DNA from: Vulcanimicrobiota bacterium
GTDB lineage: Bacteria; Vulcanimicrobiota; Vulcanimicrobiia; Vulcanimicrobiales; Vulcanimicrobiaceae
Direction of reading: 5' to 3'
DNA: 18,918 bases
NCBI GenBank assembly: GCA_003133025.1
Contig: PKZK01000036.1
Span: forward strand, 1-18,918
In this document: piece by piece, positions 7,092 through 15,253 of the stretch
Numbering within the stretch: position 1 is the stretch's first letter
Layout of the letters: the number at the start of each line of letters is the position of its first letter
The notes under the pieces: model-generated
What the model was told of the DNA's origin: nothing
Database searches by the model: none
The model's input: only the letters and a program-made list of their open reading frames with translations
Made by a program: the position numbers and the translations under genes

Positions 7092-8261
7092 ATGCCCTTT
7101 TACGTGCGGGCCGGCGCGGTGCCCGAAAAGCGCCACATCCAGTTTCGCCGCCCCGACGGCGGCCTCTACGCCGAGGAACTCTTCTCGACCAAGGGCTTCT
7201 CGAGCGTCTACTCGCTGCTCTACCACCTGCGCCCGCCGACTGCCGTGCTCGAAGTGCGGCCCTGGGTGCGCGACCCCATCGCCTACCTGCCCAACGATCC
7301 GCTGCGCAACCGCCATCTGCTGACCAGCCGTTCGTCCACGCCGGGCGATGCCGTCGAAGGCCGCGTGCCGCTCTTGGGCAACGCCGACCTCGCGCTCTCG
7401 ATCGCCGACGTCGACCGGCCCATGGACTATTTTTACCGTAACGCGGGCGGCGACGAGCTGCTCTTCGTGCACACGGGCAGCGGCACGCTCGAAACCGTCT
7501 TCGGCGACCTCGCGTATCGCGCGCACGACTATCTGCTCGTGCCCTGCGGCACGACCTATCGCGTGAAGCCTGCGGAGCCCACGCGCTTCGTCATGTACGA
7601 ATCGTCCGGCCAAGTCGAGATCCCCAAGCGCTTTCGCAACGCCTACGGACAACTCGAAGAGCACGCGCCCTATTACGAGCGGGACTTCCGCGCGCCGCTG
7701 CTGCGCGATCCGATCGACGCGCAAGGCGAATACGAAGTGCGCGTGACCAACGCCGGGCGCAACGCGACCCTCGTGATGCAGAACCATCCGTTCGACCTCG
7801 TCGGTTGGGACGGATTCTGTTACCCCTACGCGTTCAACGTGGCCGACTACGCGCCGATCACGGGCAAGTTGCACCAGCCGCCGCCCGTGCACGCCGTTTT
7901 CGAAGCACCCGGTGCGGCGTTTTGCGTGTTCGTGCCGCGGCTCTTCGATTATCATCCGCTCGCGATTCCGGTGCCGTACAACCACTCGAGCGTCGATTGC
8001 GACGAAGTGATCTACTACGTCAACGGTAACTTCATGAGCCGCCGCGGCGTGGAACAAGGCTCGGTCACCTTGCACGCGGCGGGCGCCACGCACGGGCCGC
8101 AGCCGGGCGCCGTCGAGGGCAGCTTGGGCAAGACGAGCACCGACGAAATCGCCATCATGGTCGACACCTTCGCGCCGCTCAACATCGCCGAACGGGCGCT
8201 GGCTTTCGAGCATCGCGACTACTACCGCTCCTGGCTCGAGCCCGTCGCGGCGGGACGGTGA
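7092..8261 (+). CDS. hmgA: Homogentisate 1,2-dioxygenase
   Basis: GFSSVYSLLYH, YRNAGGDELLFVH, PFDLVGWDG, HQPPPVH, iron-ligand region PYNHSSVDCDEVIYY and HGPQPG; 389 aa. Confidence 0.95.
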   Translation: MPFYVRAGAVPEKRHIQFRRPDGGLYAEELFSTKGFSSVYSLLYHLRPPTAVLEVRPWVRDPIAYLPNDPLRNRHLLTSRSSTPGDAVEGRVPLLGNADLALSIADVDRPMDYFYRNAGGDELLFVHTGSGTLETVFGDLAYRAHDYLLVPCGTTYRVKPAEPTRFVMYESSGQVEIPKRFRNAYGQLEEHAPYYERDFRAPLLRDPIDAQGEYEVRVTNAGRNATLVMQNHPFDLVGWDGFCYPYAFNVADYAPITGKLHQPPPVHAVFEAPGAAFCVFVPRLFDYHPLAIPVPYNHSSVDCDEVIYYVNGNFMSRRGVEQGSVTLHAAGATHGPQPGAVEGSLGKTSTDEIAIMVDTFAPLNIAERALAFEHRDYYRSWLEPVAAGR

Positions 8262-8986
8262 ACGCCGCGGCGCGCGCGCCGTGGTACTTTCGTTATCGCG
8301 TCTTCCTGATCGCGGGCGCTTACGCGGCCGGCTTCGTCATCGGCGACCTGCTCATGCCCGCGAGCGCGCCCACCTTCGTGCGCCTCGGCGCGCTGACGCC
8401 GGCGTGGTTCGGCGCGCAGGGCATGCTCCGGCTGATCGCATTGCTCACGCTCGCCGGCGCGCTCTGGCGGATTTGGGGCGCGGCCTATCTTTCCTCGGCC
8501 GTGGTGCACTCGTGGGACGTGCAAACGGGAACGCTCTACGTGGGCGGACCGTATCGCTTCACGCGTAATCCGCTCTACCTCGGCAACGTGTGTTGGGCGC
8601 TCGCGATCGGCGCGTACGGCACGCCGCTCGCTACGGCGCTGGTGGTACTCTTCAACCTCATCGTCGTCGAACTCTTGATCCGCACCGAGGAACGCGCGAT
8701 GCGCTCGCGCTTCGGCGCGCGCTATGTTGAGTACGAAGCGACGGTACCTCGCCTGTTTCCGCTCTGGTTCAAGGCCGGTCCGCCGGGGCCGGCGCTGCGA
8801 CCCGACTGGCGGCAGGGCCTGCGCTCGGAGCTGTTCGGCCTCGCCTTCGTGGGGCTCACCTTCGCCTATTGTCTGGGCTTCCATCAAGCGGCGGGGCTCT
8901 TCTGGGCCGCCGCGCTCTTGCTGATCGCGGTGGGTTTCGTGCGCGGCCGGACCAAGGGTCTGCCCTCCGGCCCGCCAATCTCTTAA
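8258..8986 (+). CDS. Isoprenylcysteine carboxyl methyltransferase (ICMT/PEMT)-family membrane protein
   Basis: LYVGGPYRFTRNPLYLG, EERAMRSRFGARYVEYEATVPRLFP and several hydrophobic helices; GTGA overlap with hmgA. Confidence 0.88.
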   Translation: MNAAARAPWYFRYRVFLIAGAYAAGFVIGDLLMPASAPTFVRLGALTPAWFGAQGMLRLIALLTLAGALWRIWGAAYLSSAVVHSWDVQTGTLYVGGPYRFTRNPLYLGNVCWALAIGAYGTPLATALVVLFNLIVVELLIRTEERAMRSRFGARYVEYEATVPRLFPLWFKAGPPGPALRPDWRQGLRSELFGLAFVGLTFAYCLGFHQAAGLFWAAALLLIAVGFVRGRTKGLPSGPPIS

Positions 8987-9026
8987 CGGTTCTCTTCTTC
9001 CGCTACTTCCGCATCATGGAGCGACG

Positions 9027-10142
9027 TTGGCTACCGAAACGACGGAGCGCGCCTCCGCGCTCGACCTCCTCGACTGGGACCATCTCCACTTCTTCGTGGG
9101 CAACGCCAAGCAGGCGGCACATTACTACGCGACGGCCTTCGGCTTCCGCATCACGGCCTACGCAGGCCCCGAAACCGGCGTGCCCGAGCGCGCCTCGTAT
9201 CTGCTCGAACAGAACGATCTGCGCTTCGTCGTGACCAGCGCCCTGCGCCCGGACGATCCGGCCGCGGCCCACGTCGCCCTCCACGGCGACGGCATCAACG
9301 ACATCGCGTTGCGCGTGCCCGACGCCGCCGCCGCTCACGCGGAAGCGGTTGCGGCCGGGGCGCGGTCGGTCTCCGCGCCGCAACGCCTCTCGGATGCGGA
9401 CGGCTCGGTCGTGGTCGCGACCATCGCCACGTACGGCGATACGGTGCATACGTTCGTCGAGCGCGATGGGTACGCGGGCACGTTTCTGCCCGGCTTCGTG
9501 AAGGTCGCGACGAGCCAAGCTGCGCCGCACGCGCCCGGCCTGCGCGCGATCGATCACTGCGTGGGCAACGTCGGCTGGAACGAGATGGACGCCTGGGCCG
9601 ACTTCTACGGCAAAGCCTTCGGCTTCAGCCAATTGGTGTCGTTCGACGATACCGACATCTCGACCGAGTACACGGCGCTGCGCTCGAAGGTGATGTCCGA
9701 CGCGCGGCGCCGCGTGAAGTTTCCGATCAACGAGCCCGCCGAAGGCCTCAAGAAGTCGCAGATCGAGGAATACCTCGACGCCTATCGCGGCGCAGGCGTG
9801 CAGCACGTCGCGATCGCGACCGACGACATCGTTGCGGCGGTGCGCGCCCTGCGCGCCAACGGCGTGCAGTTCCTCGACACGCCGGGCTCCTATTACGACG
9901 CCCTCGAAGCGCGCGTAGGCCACATCGACGAAGAGATCGAGGTGCTGCGCGAGCTGAGCATCCTGGTCGACCGCGACGACTTGGGCTACATGCTCCAGAT
10001 CTTCACCAAGCCGCTGCAAGACCGGCCGACGCTCTTCTTCGAAATCATCCAGCGCCGCGGCAGCCTCTCGTTCGGCAAAGGCAACTTCAAGGCGCTGTTC
10101 GTGTCGATCGAAGAGGAACAAGGCCGTCGCGGCAACCTGTGA
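9027..10142 (+). CDS. hppD: 4-hydroxyphenylpyruvate dioxygenase
   Basis: DHLHFFVGNAKQAAHYY, IDHCVGNV, KSQIEEYL, GVQHVA, LQIFTKP, FFEIIQR, FGKGNFKALF. TTG start with GGAG at 9018-9021. Confidence 0.96.
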   Translation: MATETTERASALDLLDWDHLHFFVGNAKQAAHYYATAFGFRITAYAGPETGVPERASYLLEQNDLRFVVTSALRPDDPAAAHVALHGDGINDIALRVPDAAAAHAEAVAAGARSVSAPQRLSDADGSVVVATIATYGDTVHTFVERDGYAGTFLPGFVKVATSQAAPHAPGLRAIDHCVGNVGWNEMDAWADFYGKAFGFSQLVSFDDTDISTEYTALRSKVMSDARRRVKFPINEPAEGLKKSQIEEYLDAYRGAGVQHVAIATDDIVAAVRALRANGVQFLDTPGSYYDALEARVGHIDEEIEVLRELSILVDRDDLGYMLQIFTKPLQDRPTLFFEIIQRRGSLSFGKGNFKALFVSIEEEQGRRGNL

Positions 10143-10153
10143 CGCCGGTCATC

Positions 10154-10162
10154 TGATACCTT
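10154..10162 (+). promoter_or_regulatory. Putative extended -10 promoter element
   Basis: TGATACCTT fits TGnTAnnnT in a locally AT-rich patch; predicted start site about 10169-10170. Confidence 0.4.
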
Positions 10163-10169
10163 AATTCCT

Positions 10170-10218
10170 GCAAAGCGGGCCCGGTGTGAGCGTCCTCGCA
10201 TCGTGGCCCGTTTTGCTA
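10170..10218 (+). terminator. Long RNA hairpin; probable intrinsic terminator, attenuator or small RNA
   Basis: GCAAAGCGGGCC-CGGTGTGAG / loop CGTC / CTCGCATCG-T-GGCCCGTTTTGC gives 21 bp with one bulge and three G-U pairs; TTTT at 10211-10214. Confidence 0.65.
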
Positions 10219-10253
10219 GCAGACGCGCGGCGCGCGCCAAAGCGTCGCGCATC

Positions 10254-10679
10254 ATGCTACAGGCGTTCGCTTTTGCAATCGCCCTCTATGCGGGCACGGA
10301 TCGCTCCGCCGACGCTCGCGCCATGTGGCGCGACCTCAATGCCGTACGCGTCTCGGCGGGCTTGACGCCGCTCGCCTTCGAGCCCCGCTTGTGCGAGATC
10401 GCACGGGCGCACGCGCACGACATGGTGGCGCGGCATTACTTCGATCACCAGTCACCCGACGGCGTGGGGCCGTTCGACCGAATGGCGCGCGCGGGCTGGC
10501 ATTTCGGCTATGCCGGCGAGAATCTCGCGATGGACACCGACGAACGAGGCGCCGAGGCGCACCTCCTGTCCTCGCCCGAGCACCGTCAAAACATGCTCGA
10601 GCCGCATTACGCGCACGTCGGGATCGCGGCGGTCGAGACCGACTCGCGCGAGTATTTCGTCGAAGTCTTTAGCGACTGA
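10254..10679 (+). CDS. CAP (SCP-like) domain protein, probably exported
   Basis: LNAVRVSAGLTPL, ARAHAHDM, YFDHQSPDG, AGENLA, SPEHRQNML, HVGIA. Hydrophobic N-terminus from ATG10254 (alternative GTG10203). Confidence 0.9.
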   Translation: MLQAFAFAIALYAGTDRSADARAMWRDLNAVRVSAGLTPLAFEPRLCEIARAHAHDMVARHYFDHQSPDGVGPFDRMARAGWHFGYAGENLAMDTDERGAEAHLLSSPEHRQNMLEPHYAHVGIAAVETDSREYFVEVFSD

Positions 10680-11526
10680 CCGCGTCGACGGCGAGCACGC
10701 CGACATCCTCGGCACCGTGACCCCGTTCGATCAGTGCGTCGATGCGGGCAGCGATCGTGGGCAACACGTGCAGCGTGCCGCCGCCTTCGGCGATCGTCTC
10801 TTCGATCAAGCGCGCATCCTTCCGGGCCATCGTCAACTCGAAGGCCGGTGAGAAGTCGCCGTGCGCCATCTTCTTGCCGCGTACGTTGAGCACCGCGGTC
10901 AGTTGGAAGTGCTCGAAGAGTTCGTGCGCCTCCGGCGCCTTTATGCCCACGCTCTCCGCGAGCGAATAACTATCGGCCAGCGCGGCCGTCACCGACACGA
11001 TCAGGTTGTTGCCCACGAGCTTGAGCGTGGCCGCTTTGTTGGGACGGTCGCCCACGTACCACAAATCGCCGGTCATCGGCTGTAGCGCGGGCTCGACCTC
11101 GTCGAATACGGCTTGCGAACCGGCGACGAGCATGATGCCGTGGCCGTCGCGGCAACCCTGCGGCGACATGAACACCGGCGCGTGCAGAAACTTCAGGCCC
11201 CGCGCGGCGGCGCGGGCGAAGCGCGCGGCCGTCGGAAACGGCGCGACCGTCGTGTGATCGATGACCACCGTCTCCGGCGCGATCGCGCCGTCGAGTTGCT
11301 CCAGCAACGCATCGACGGCTTTATCGTCGGAGAGGATGATGTGGGCGCGCTCGGCGCCCTGCGCGGCTTCGCGCGGATCGCGCACGGCCCGCGCGCCGAA
11401 TCGCTCGAGGGCCTGGGCTTTTTCGAAGCTCCGGTTCCAGACGACGACCTCGTCGCCTCTGCGCCGCAGCGCCTCCACGAAACCGCTGCCCATCATGCCC
11501 GCGCCGTACCATGCTATTTTCGCCAC
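10669..11526 (-). CDS. NAD(P)-dependent beta-hydroxyacid dehydrogenase (3-hydroxyisobutyrate dehydrogenase family)
   Basis: Rossmann motif IAWYGAGMMGSG, VWNRS, catalytic Lys region AATLKLVGN, FSPAFELTMARKD. Confidence 0.9.
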   Translation of the reverse strand: MAKIAWYGAGMMGSGFVEALRRRGDEVVVWNRSFEKAQALERFGARAVRDPREAAQGAERAHIILSDDKAVDALLEQLDGAIAPETVVIDHTTVAPFPTAARFARAAARGLKFLHAPVFMSPQGCRDGHGIMLVAGSQAVFDEVEPALQPMTGDLWYVGDRPNKAATLKLVGNNLIVSVTAALADSYSLAESVGIKAPEAHELFEHFQLTAVLNVRGKKMAHGDFSPAFELTMARKDARLIEETIAEGGGTLHVLPTIAARIDALIERGHGAEDVGVLAVDAVSR

Positions 11527-11990
11527 GGGTCGGTCAACACGATGGGCGTGCGGCGCGGTTGCGGGATGCCCGTGACCGTCGGGCGCGGCGTGGGCACGGG
11601 CGTCGGCGTGAAGGTGGCAAGCGGCCCCGGCGGCGGCGAGTAACCCGCAAACGGCGTCAGCGTCGCCACCGGAGCGGGCGGCGGGCTCTGAATGGAAAGC
11701 GTATGCGAGGCGGCGTCGTATCGTACGAGGTCGCCCAGTCCGCGCGCGGCCGCGCCGAGCGGCACGAACGCGTCGTCACCCGGAGGTAGGCCCATCGTAA
11801 CGCTTCTGCCCTCGCGCTCGAAGGTGATCGACCCGGCCGACGGGTCGACCGTGATGCGCTGGGCCAGGGCGAAGCCGAAGGGCGCGAGGGGCGCCAACAC
11901 GGTCCCGTCCACGAGCCGGGCCGGCACGGCCGCGTACACGGGACGCCCGTCGACGACGACCGTAACCGGCGGCGCGCTCACGGGTAGCAA
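11514..11990 (-). CDS. Copper amine oxidase N-terminal (stalk)-like domain protein with Pro/Thr-rich tail
   Basis: VTVVVDGRPV...PARLVDGTVLAPL...AFVPLGAAARGLGDLVRYDAASHTLSI, then a PTPVPTPRPT tail. Start TTG11990 or GTG11981. The longer ORF to 12683 is antisense to yihY. Confidence 0.7.
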   Translation of the reverse strand: MLPVSAPPVTVVVDGRPVYAAVPARLVDGTVLAPLAPFGFALAQRITVDPSAGSITFEREGRSVTMGLPPGDDAFVPLGAAARGLGDLVRYDAASHTLSIQSPPPAPVATLTPFAGYSPPPGPLATFTPTPVPTPRPTVTGIPQPRRTPIVLTDPWRK

Positions 11991-11996
11991 CGGCGC

Positions 11997-12824
11997 GTGT
12001 CCAAGCTGATCGCGATCTTCCGCACCGCGGGCAAGCGGTTCTCGGAAGACGGCTGTGCGTTCATGGCCCAGGCGATCGCCTTCAACGCGATGTTCGCCGT
12101 CTTTCCGCTGTTGATGCTGGCCTTCGCGGCATTCGGGTTCATCTACGGCGGTGCCCAAGGCGAGCAGCGCATCCAGGATCTGGTCAAGCATCTGGCGCCC
12201 GCGGTGCAGCCGTTGATCTTCGAGAACGCCCAGCACATCGTCGCCTTCCGCAGCATCTCGGGCGTGACGGCCGTCGTCGGGCTCATCTGGTCGGGTAAGA
12301 ACCTCTTCCAGACCCTGGCGTTCTCGCTCGACCGGGCGCTCGGCGTGACCCAGGGCCGGTCGCTGGTCTTCGACATCCTCGTCGCCTTGGTTGCCCTGCC
12401 GGTTTTCGGCGTGATCTTGCTGGGCGCGACGGCCGTGCCGGTCGGGATTTCGTACGTGGTGACGCTGGGCGGCTTCGCGCACGCCGCTTTCCTCACGCAG
12501 GCGGCGGGATACGCGGCGGGCATTCTGCTCGTTTTCGTCGTAACGATGCTCCTCTACGCGTATCTTCCCAATCGCCGCGTCTCGCCGTGGTTCGGCGTGC
12601 CGGGGGCGATCGTCACGACGATCGCTTGGGAAGTTTCGCAGATCGCGTTTGCGATCTACTCCACGCACGTGGATTTCCGCCACGTGTACGGCGCGCTCGC
12701 AACGGTCGCCGTCCTCCTGCTTTGGTTCTACTACATGGCATTCATCTTCTTGTTCGGCGCGGAGGTCAGCGCCCAGACCCTGGCTTACGACAGCGCGGCA
12801 AAGCCCGTCAGGCGGTCGGCGTGA
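11997..12824 (+). CDS. YihY/virulence factor BrkB family membrane protein
   Basis: AQAIAFNAMFAVFPLL, LYAYLPN, GAIVTTIAWE, VYGALATVAVLLLWFYYMAFIFLFGAEV; about six hydrophobic helices. Confidence 0.92.
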   Translation: MSKLIAIFRTAGKRFSEDGCAFMAQAIAFNAMFAVFPLLMLAFAAFGFIYGGAQGEQRIQDLVKHLAPAVQPLIFENAQHIVAFRSISGVTAVVGLIWSGKNLFQTLAFSLDRALGVTQGRSLVFDILVALVALPVFGVILLGATAVPVGISYVVTLGGFAHAAFLTQAAGYAAGILLVFVVTMLLYAYLPNRRVSPWFGVPGAIVTTIAWEVSQIAFAIYSTHVDFRHVYGALATVAVLLLWFYYMAFIFLFGAEVSAQTLAYDSAAKPVRRSA

Positions 12825-13825
12825 GGCGTTCCCTCAACGCGCGGCGGCTGCTCGGCGTGCTGGCGCTGGCGTTCTTCGGGTTCGTGCCCTTCATGGGCGC
12901 GTACACCTCGGCGCCGCCGGTCGTGATCGTCTATCCGCTGACGGTGGGCTCGGGCGCAAACCCGGAATCGGGCAGCAACATCGCCGTCCTGATCGCGCAA
13001 GGGCTCGCCCAGCACGGCGTAACGGTCAAGCCCGCGCCGCCCGGCACGCAGCGCGCCGACTATCTCACCGTCGCGCAAGCCGCCGGCGCCGACTACTACG
13101 TCACCGGCTTCCTGACCGCGCTCGGCGATGAGGTGTCGATGGTGTTGCAGGCGGTCAGCACCAGCAGCGGCAGCATCATCAACAGCACCACGACCGTCGT
13201 GAAAACGTACGCCGAGGCCGCCGGTCAGGCGCCGTCGCTAGCCGATGCGATCCTGCGCCATTCCGGCCGCGCGCTCGCCCAACTCGACGAACCCAAAGCC
13301 GTCGACAGCGCCACGCCGCAACCGAGTCGCAGCGACAAAGGCAACGAGGCCAACCTCAACGGCTTGGGCGGCATCTTCCACCACAAGCCCAAGGCAGCGC
13401 CCTCACCCGGGCCGGGTACGCTGGCGCTCGCGGAGCGGCGCGTGCTGATCTCGCAAGTCGGCGGCGACGCCGGCTCGGAACTTGCGCAACGCGCTTCGCG
13501 CGCGGTGACCGCGGCAGCAGGCCATGGCGGCGTCGCAACGCAGGCGTTGCCCGTGTCGGCGGCCGAGGTCGAGGCGCACGGCGCGGATTTCTGCAAGAAC
13601 AACGCGGGCACGCAGATGCTCTACGCCACCACGGTCACGCTGCAAAAGAATGCCGCGGGCCAGCCGACCGGCGTCGGCGTCGACGTGGTCACCTTCGATT
13701 GTGCGGGTAACGCCGTCGCGCGGCATCACGGCGAAGCGCCGGCCTCGGGCCGCGGCGGCCTCGATGCGGCGCTCGATCGCGCGGTAGCCGCGGCCCTCGC
13801 CGCCGCGGCGCCGAAGCCGGGCTAA
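12821..13825 (+). CDS. Exported hypothetical protein, possible CsgG/TolB-N-like domain
   Basis: GTG12821 overlaps the yihY TGA. Basic plus hydrophobic signal (RRSLNARRLLGVLALAFFGFVPF) and pattern VVIVYPL...AQAAGADYYVTGFL...VSTSSGSII. Confidence 0.7.
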   Translation: MRRSLNARRLLGVLALAFFGFVPFMGAYTSAPPVVIVYPLTVGSGANPESGSNIAVLIAQGLAQHGVTVKPAPPGTQRADYLTVAQAAGADYYVTGFLTALGDEVSMVLQAVSTSSGSIINSTTTVVKTYAEAAGQAPSLADAILRHSGRALAQLDEPKAVDSATPQPSRSDKGNEANLNGLGGIFHHKPKAAPSPGPGTLALAERRVLISQVGGDAGSELAQRASRAVTAAAGHGGVATQALPVSAAEVEAHGADFCKNNAGTQMLYATTVTLQKNAAGQPTGVGVDVVTFDCAGNAVARHHGEAPASGRGGLDAALDRAVAAALAAAAPKPG

Positions 13826-13838
13826 CGCCGGCGCGCCG

Positions 13839-14264
13839 TTATTTCAGCGAGCGCAGATAGGCGACGATCGCCGTCGCGTCGGCCTGGTTGAAGCGATAAC
13901 CCGGCATCGGCGCCTTCGCTTTGCTCCCATCCGGCAGGGCGCCGGTTCGCAGGAACGTCAGCGCATCGGCGTCGGTCGCGAACATCTTCAGGCCGCGCAG
14001 CGAGGGCACGGTGTCGGCCCACGGCACGCCGGGCCTGGGTTTGACTTTATTGGGGCCACCCTGCAACTGCGCGTTATGGCAATCGGCGCACTGGCCCGCG
14101 TCACCGGTGAGATACTCGCCGCGTGCGAGCAGATCGGCCGGCGCGGCGGTCTGCGCCAGCGCCCGGCTCGCCGAATGCCCTACCGCCAGGGCGACGAGGA
14201 AACCCGCCGCCACGGTCGACAGCAGCATTTGGGCACCGCGCTTCGTCGCGAACGGATTTTTCAT
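13839..14264 (-). CDS. Monoheme c-type cytochrome, exported
   Basis: Signal peptide ending ALA-QT, ARGEYL, heme motif CADCH, likely Met ligand in APMPGY, AIVAYLRSLK. Confidence 0.92.
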   Translation of the reverse strand: MKNPFATKRGAQMLLSTVAAGFLVALAVGHSASRALAQTAAPADLLARGEYLTGDAGQCADCHNAQLQGGPNKVKPRPGVPWADTVPSLRGLKMFATDADALTFLRTGALPDGSKAKAPMPGYRFNQADATAIVAYLRSLK

Positions 14265-14285
14265 GCGCCGCGTATACGACGGCAG

Positions 14286-14792
14286 CTAGAGCAGGCCTTC
14301 GGGCAAATCTCCGACCGCAATCGTGCGCGCTTCGAGGTCGATGGCGCCGATGAAGGCTTTGACCATCGGCACGAGTGCGCGCTGCGGCCCGACGACCAAA
14401 CAGTCTTGGGCCGGAAAGTGTTCGATGCCGACCACTTCGCCCAGCAGCTTTCCCGAGGCGTCGATCAAGCGTAGCCCGATCAGGTCGGCGTCGAGATACT
14501 CGCCCGGCTCGAGATGCACGGCGGCGCGCTCGGCGTAGAGTTCGCAGCCGACGAACGGCTGCGCGGCCTCGACCGTGTGCACGCCTGCGAGCGCGATCAC
14601 GTAGCGCGACTTGTGGCGCCGGATCGATTCGAGCGAGACCCGCTGTGCGCTGGGCCGCGCACTCAGAGCGTATTCCGAACCCGCATGTAACGCGCTCTCG
14701 CCTGCCGACGTCGGGTCGCACTTCAACTCGCCGCGCACGCCGAAGATGCCCGTCAAGCGGGCAATGGGCACGAGCGCTGCGGCATCGCTCAC
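14286..14792 (-). CDS. rimM: 16S rRNA processing protein RimM
   Basis: IARLTGIFGVRGELK, EPGEYLDADLIGL, LGEVVGI, LVPMVKAFIGAIDLE. GTG14792 overlaps the lspA TGA; 168 aa; position in the rpsP operon. Confidence 0.93.
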   Translation of the reverse strand: MSDAAALVPIARLTGIFGVRGELKCDPTSAGESALHAGSEYALSARPSAQRVSLESIRRHKSRYVIALAGVHTVEAAQPFVGCELYAERAAVHLEPGEYLDADLIGLRLIDASGKLLGEVVGIEHFPAQDCLVVGPQRALVPMVKAFIGAIDLEARTIAVGDLPEGLL

Positions 14793-15250
14793 GCGGCGGC
14801 GGTTTCCCGAGCGGGCGGCGTGCGCAGCGAGGCGATCGCCATCAAGACCAGTCCCACCGTGATGCACGCGTCGGCACCGTTGAAGATGTAGAACCAGCGG
14901 GGCGCGATGAAGTCGATCACGTAGTGGTGCAGCACGCGATCGATCACGTTACCGAACGCGCCCCCAAGCACCAAGCCGAAGCCGATCTGCGCGAGCGGCG
15001 ATTCGCGGATGAGATCGCGCAGCATCAGCGTCAAGCCGGCCACCACCACGAAGGCGAGTACGATCAGCAGCCACGAGCGGTCGCCGAAGAGACCCATCGC
15101 TCCGTGGGTATTTTGCGCGTAGGTAAAGTCGAGCACGCCGGGCACGATCGTCCGGCGTTGGCCGGGTACGAACGATGCCGCGATCGCGCGTTTGGTCAGG
15201 AGATCGAAAATGCCCGCGAACGCGAGTGCGAGGGCGATCCGATTGAACGT
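14789..15250 (-). CDS. lspA: Lipoprotein signal peptidase II
   Basis: DLLTK (first helix), NTHGAMG, GGAFGNVIDR, VIDFI, IFNGADACI. The first transmembrane helix lies upstream of GTG15145; ACG15250 is proposed as start. Confidence 0.92.
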   Translation of the reverse strand, partial: TFNRIALALAFAGIFDLLTKRAIAASFVPGQRRTIVPGVLDFTYAQNTHGAMGLFGDRSWLLIVLAFVVVAGLTLMLRDLIRESPLAQIGFGLVLGGAFGNVIDRVLHHYVIDFIAPRWFYIFNGADACITVGLVLMAIASLRTPPARETAAA

Positions 15251-15253
15251 AGG

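Noticed and set aside
3835..8213. Large alternative-frame ORFs (3835..5322 -, 5480..6373 +, 6394..7323 +, 7011..8213 -)
   Set aside because: Each overlaps a gene with clear family motifs and has the Arg/Ala-rich composition typical of GC-rich off-frame translations.
11991..12683. Long N-terminal part of the 389-aa minus-strand ORF
   Set aside because: Antisense to the well-supported yihY gene; only the part from about 11990 down looks like real protein.
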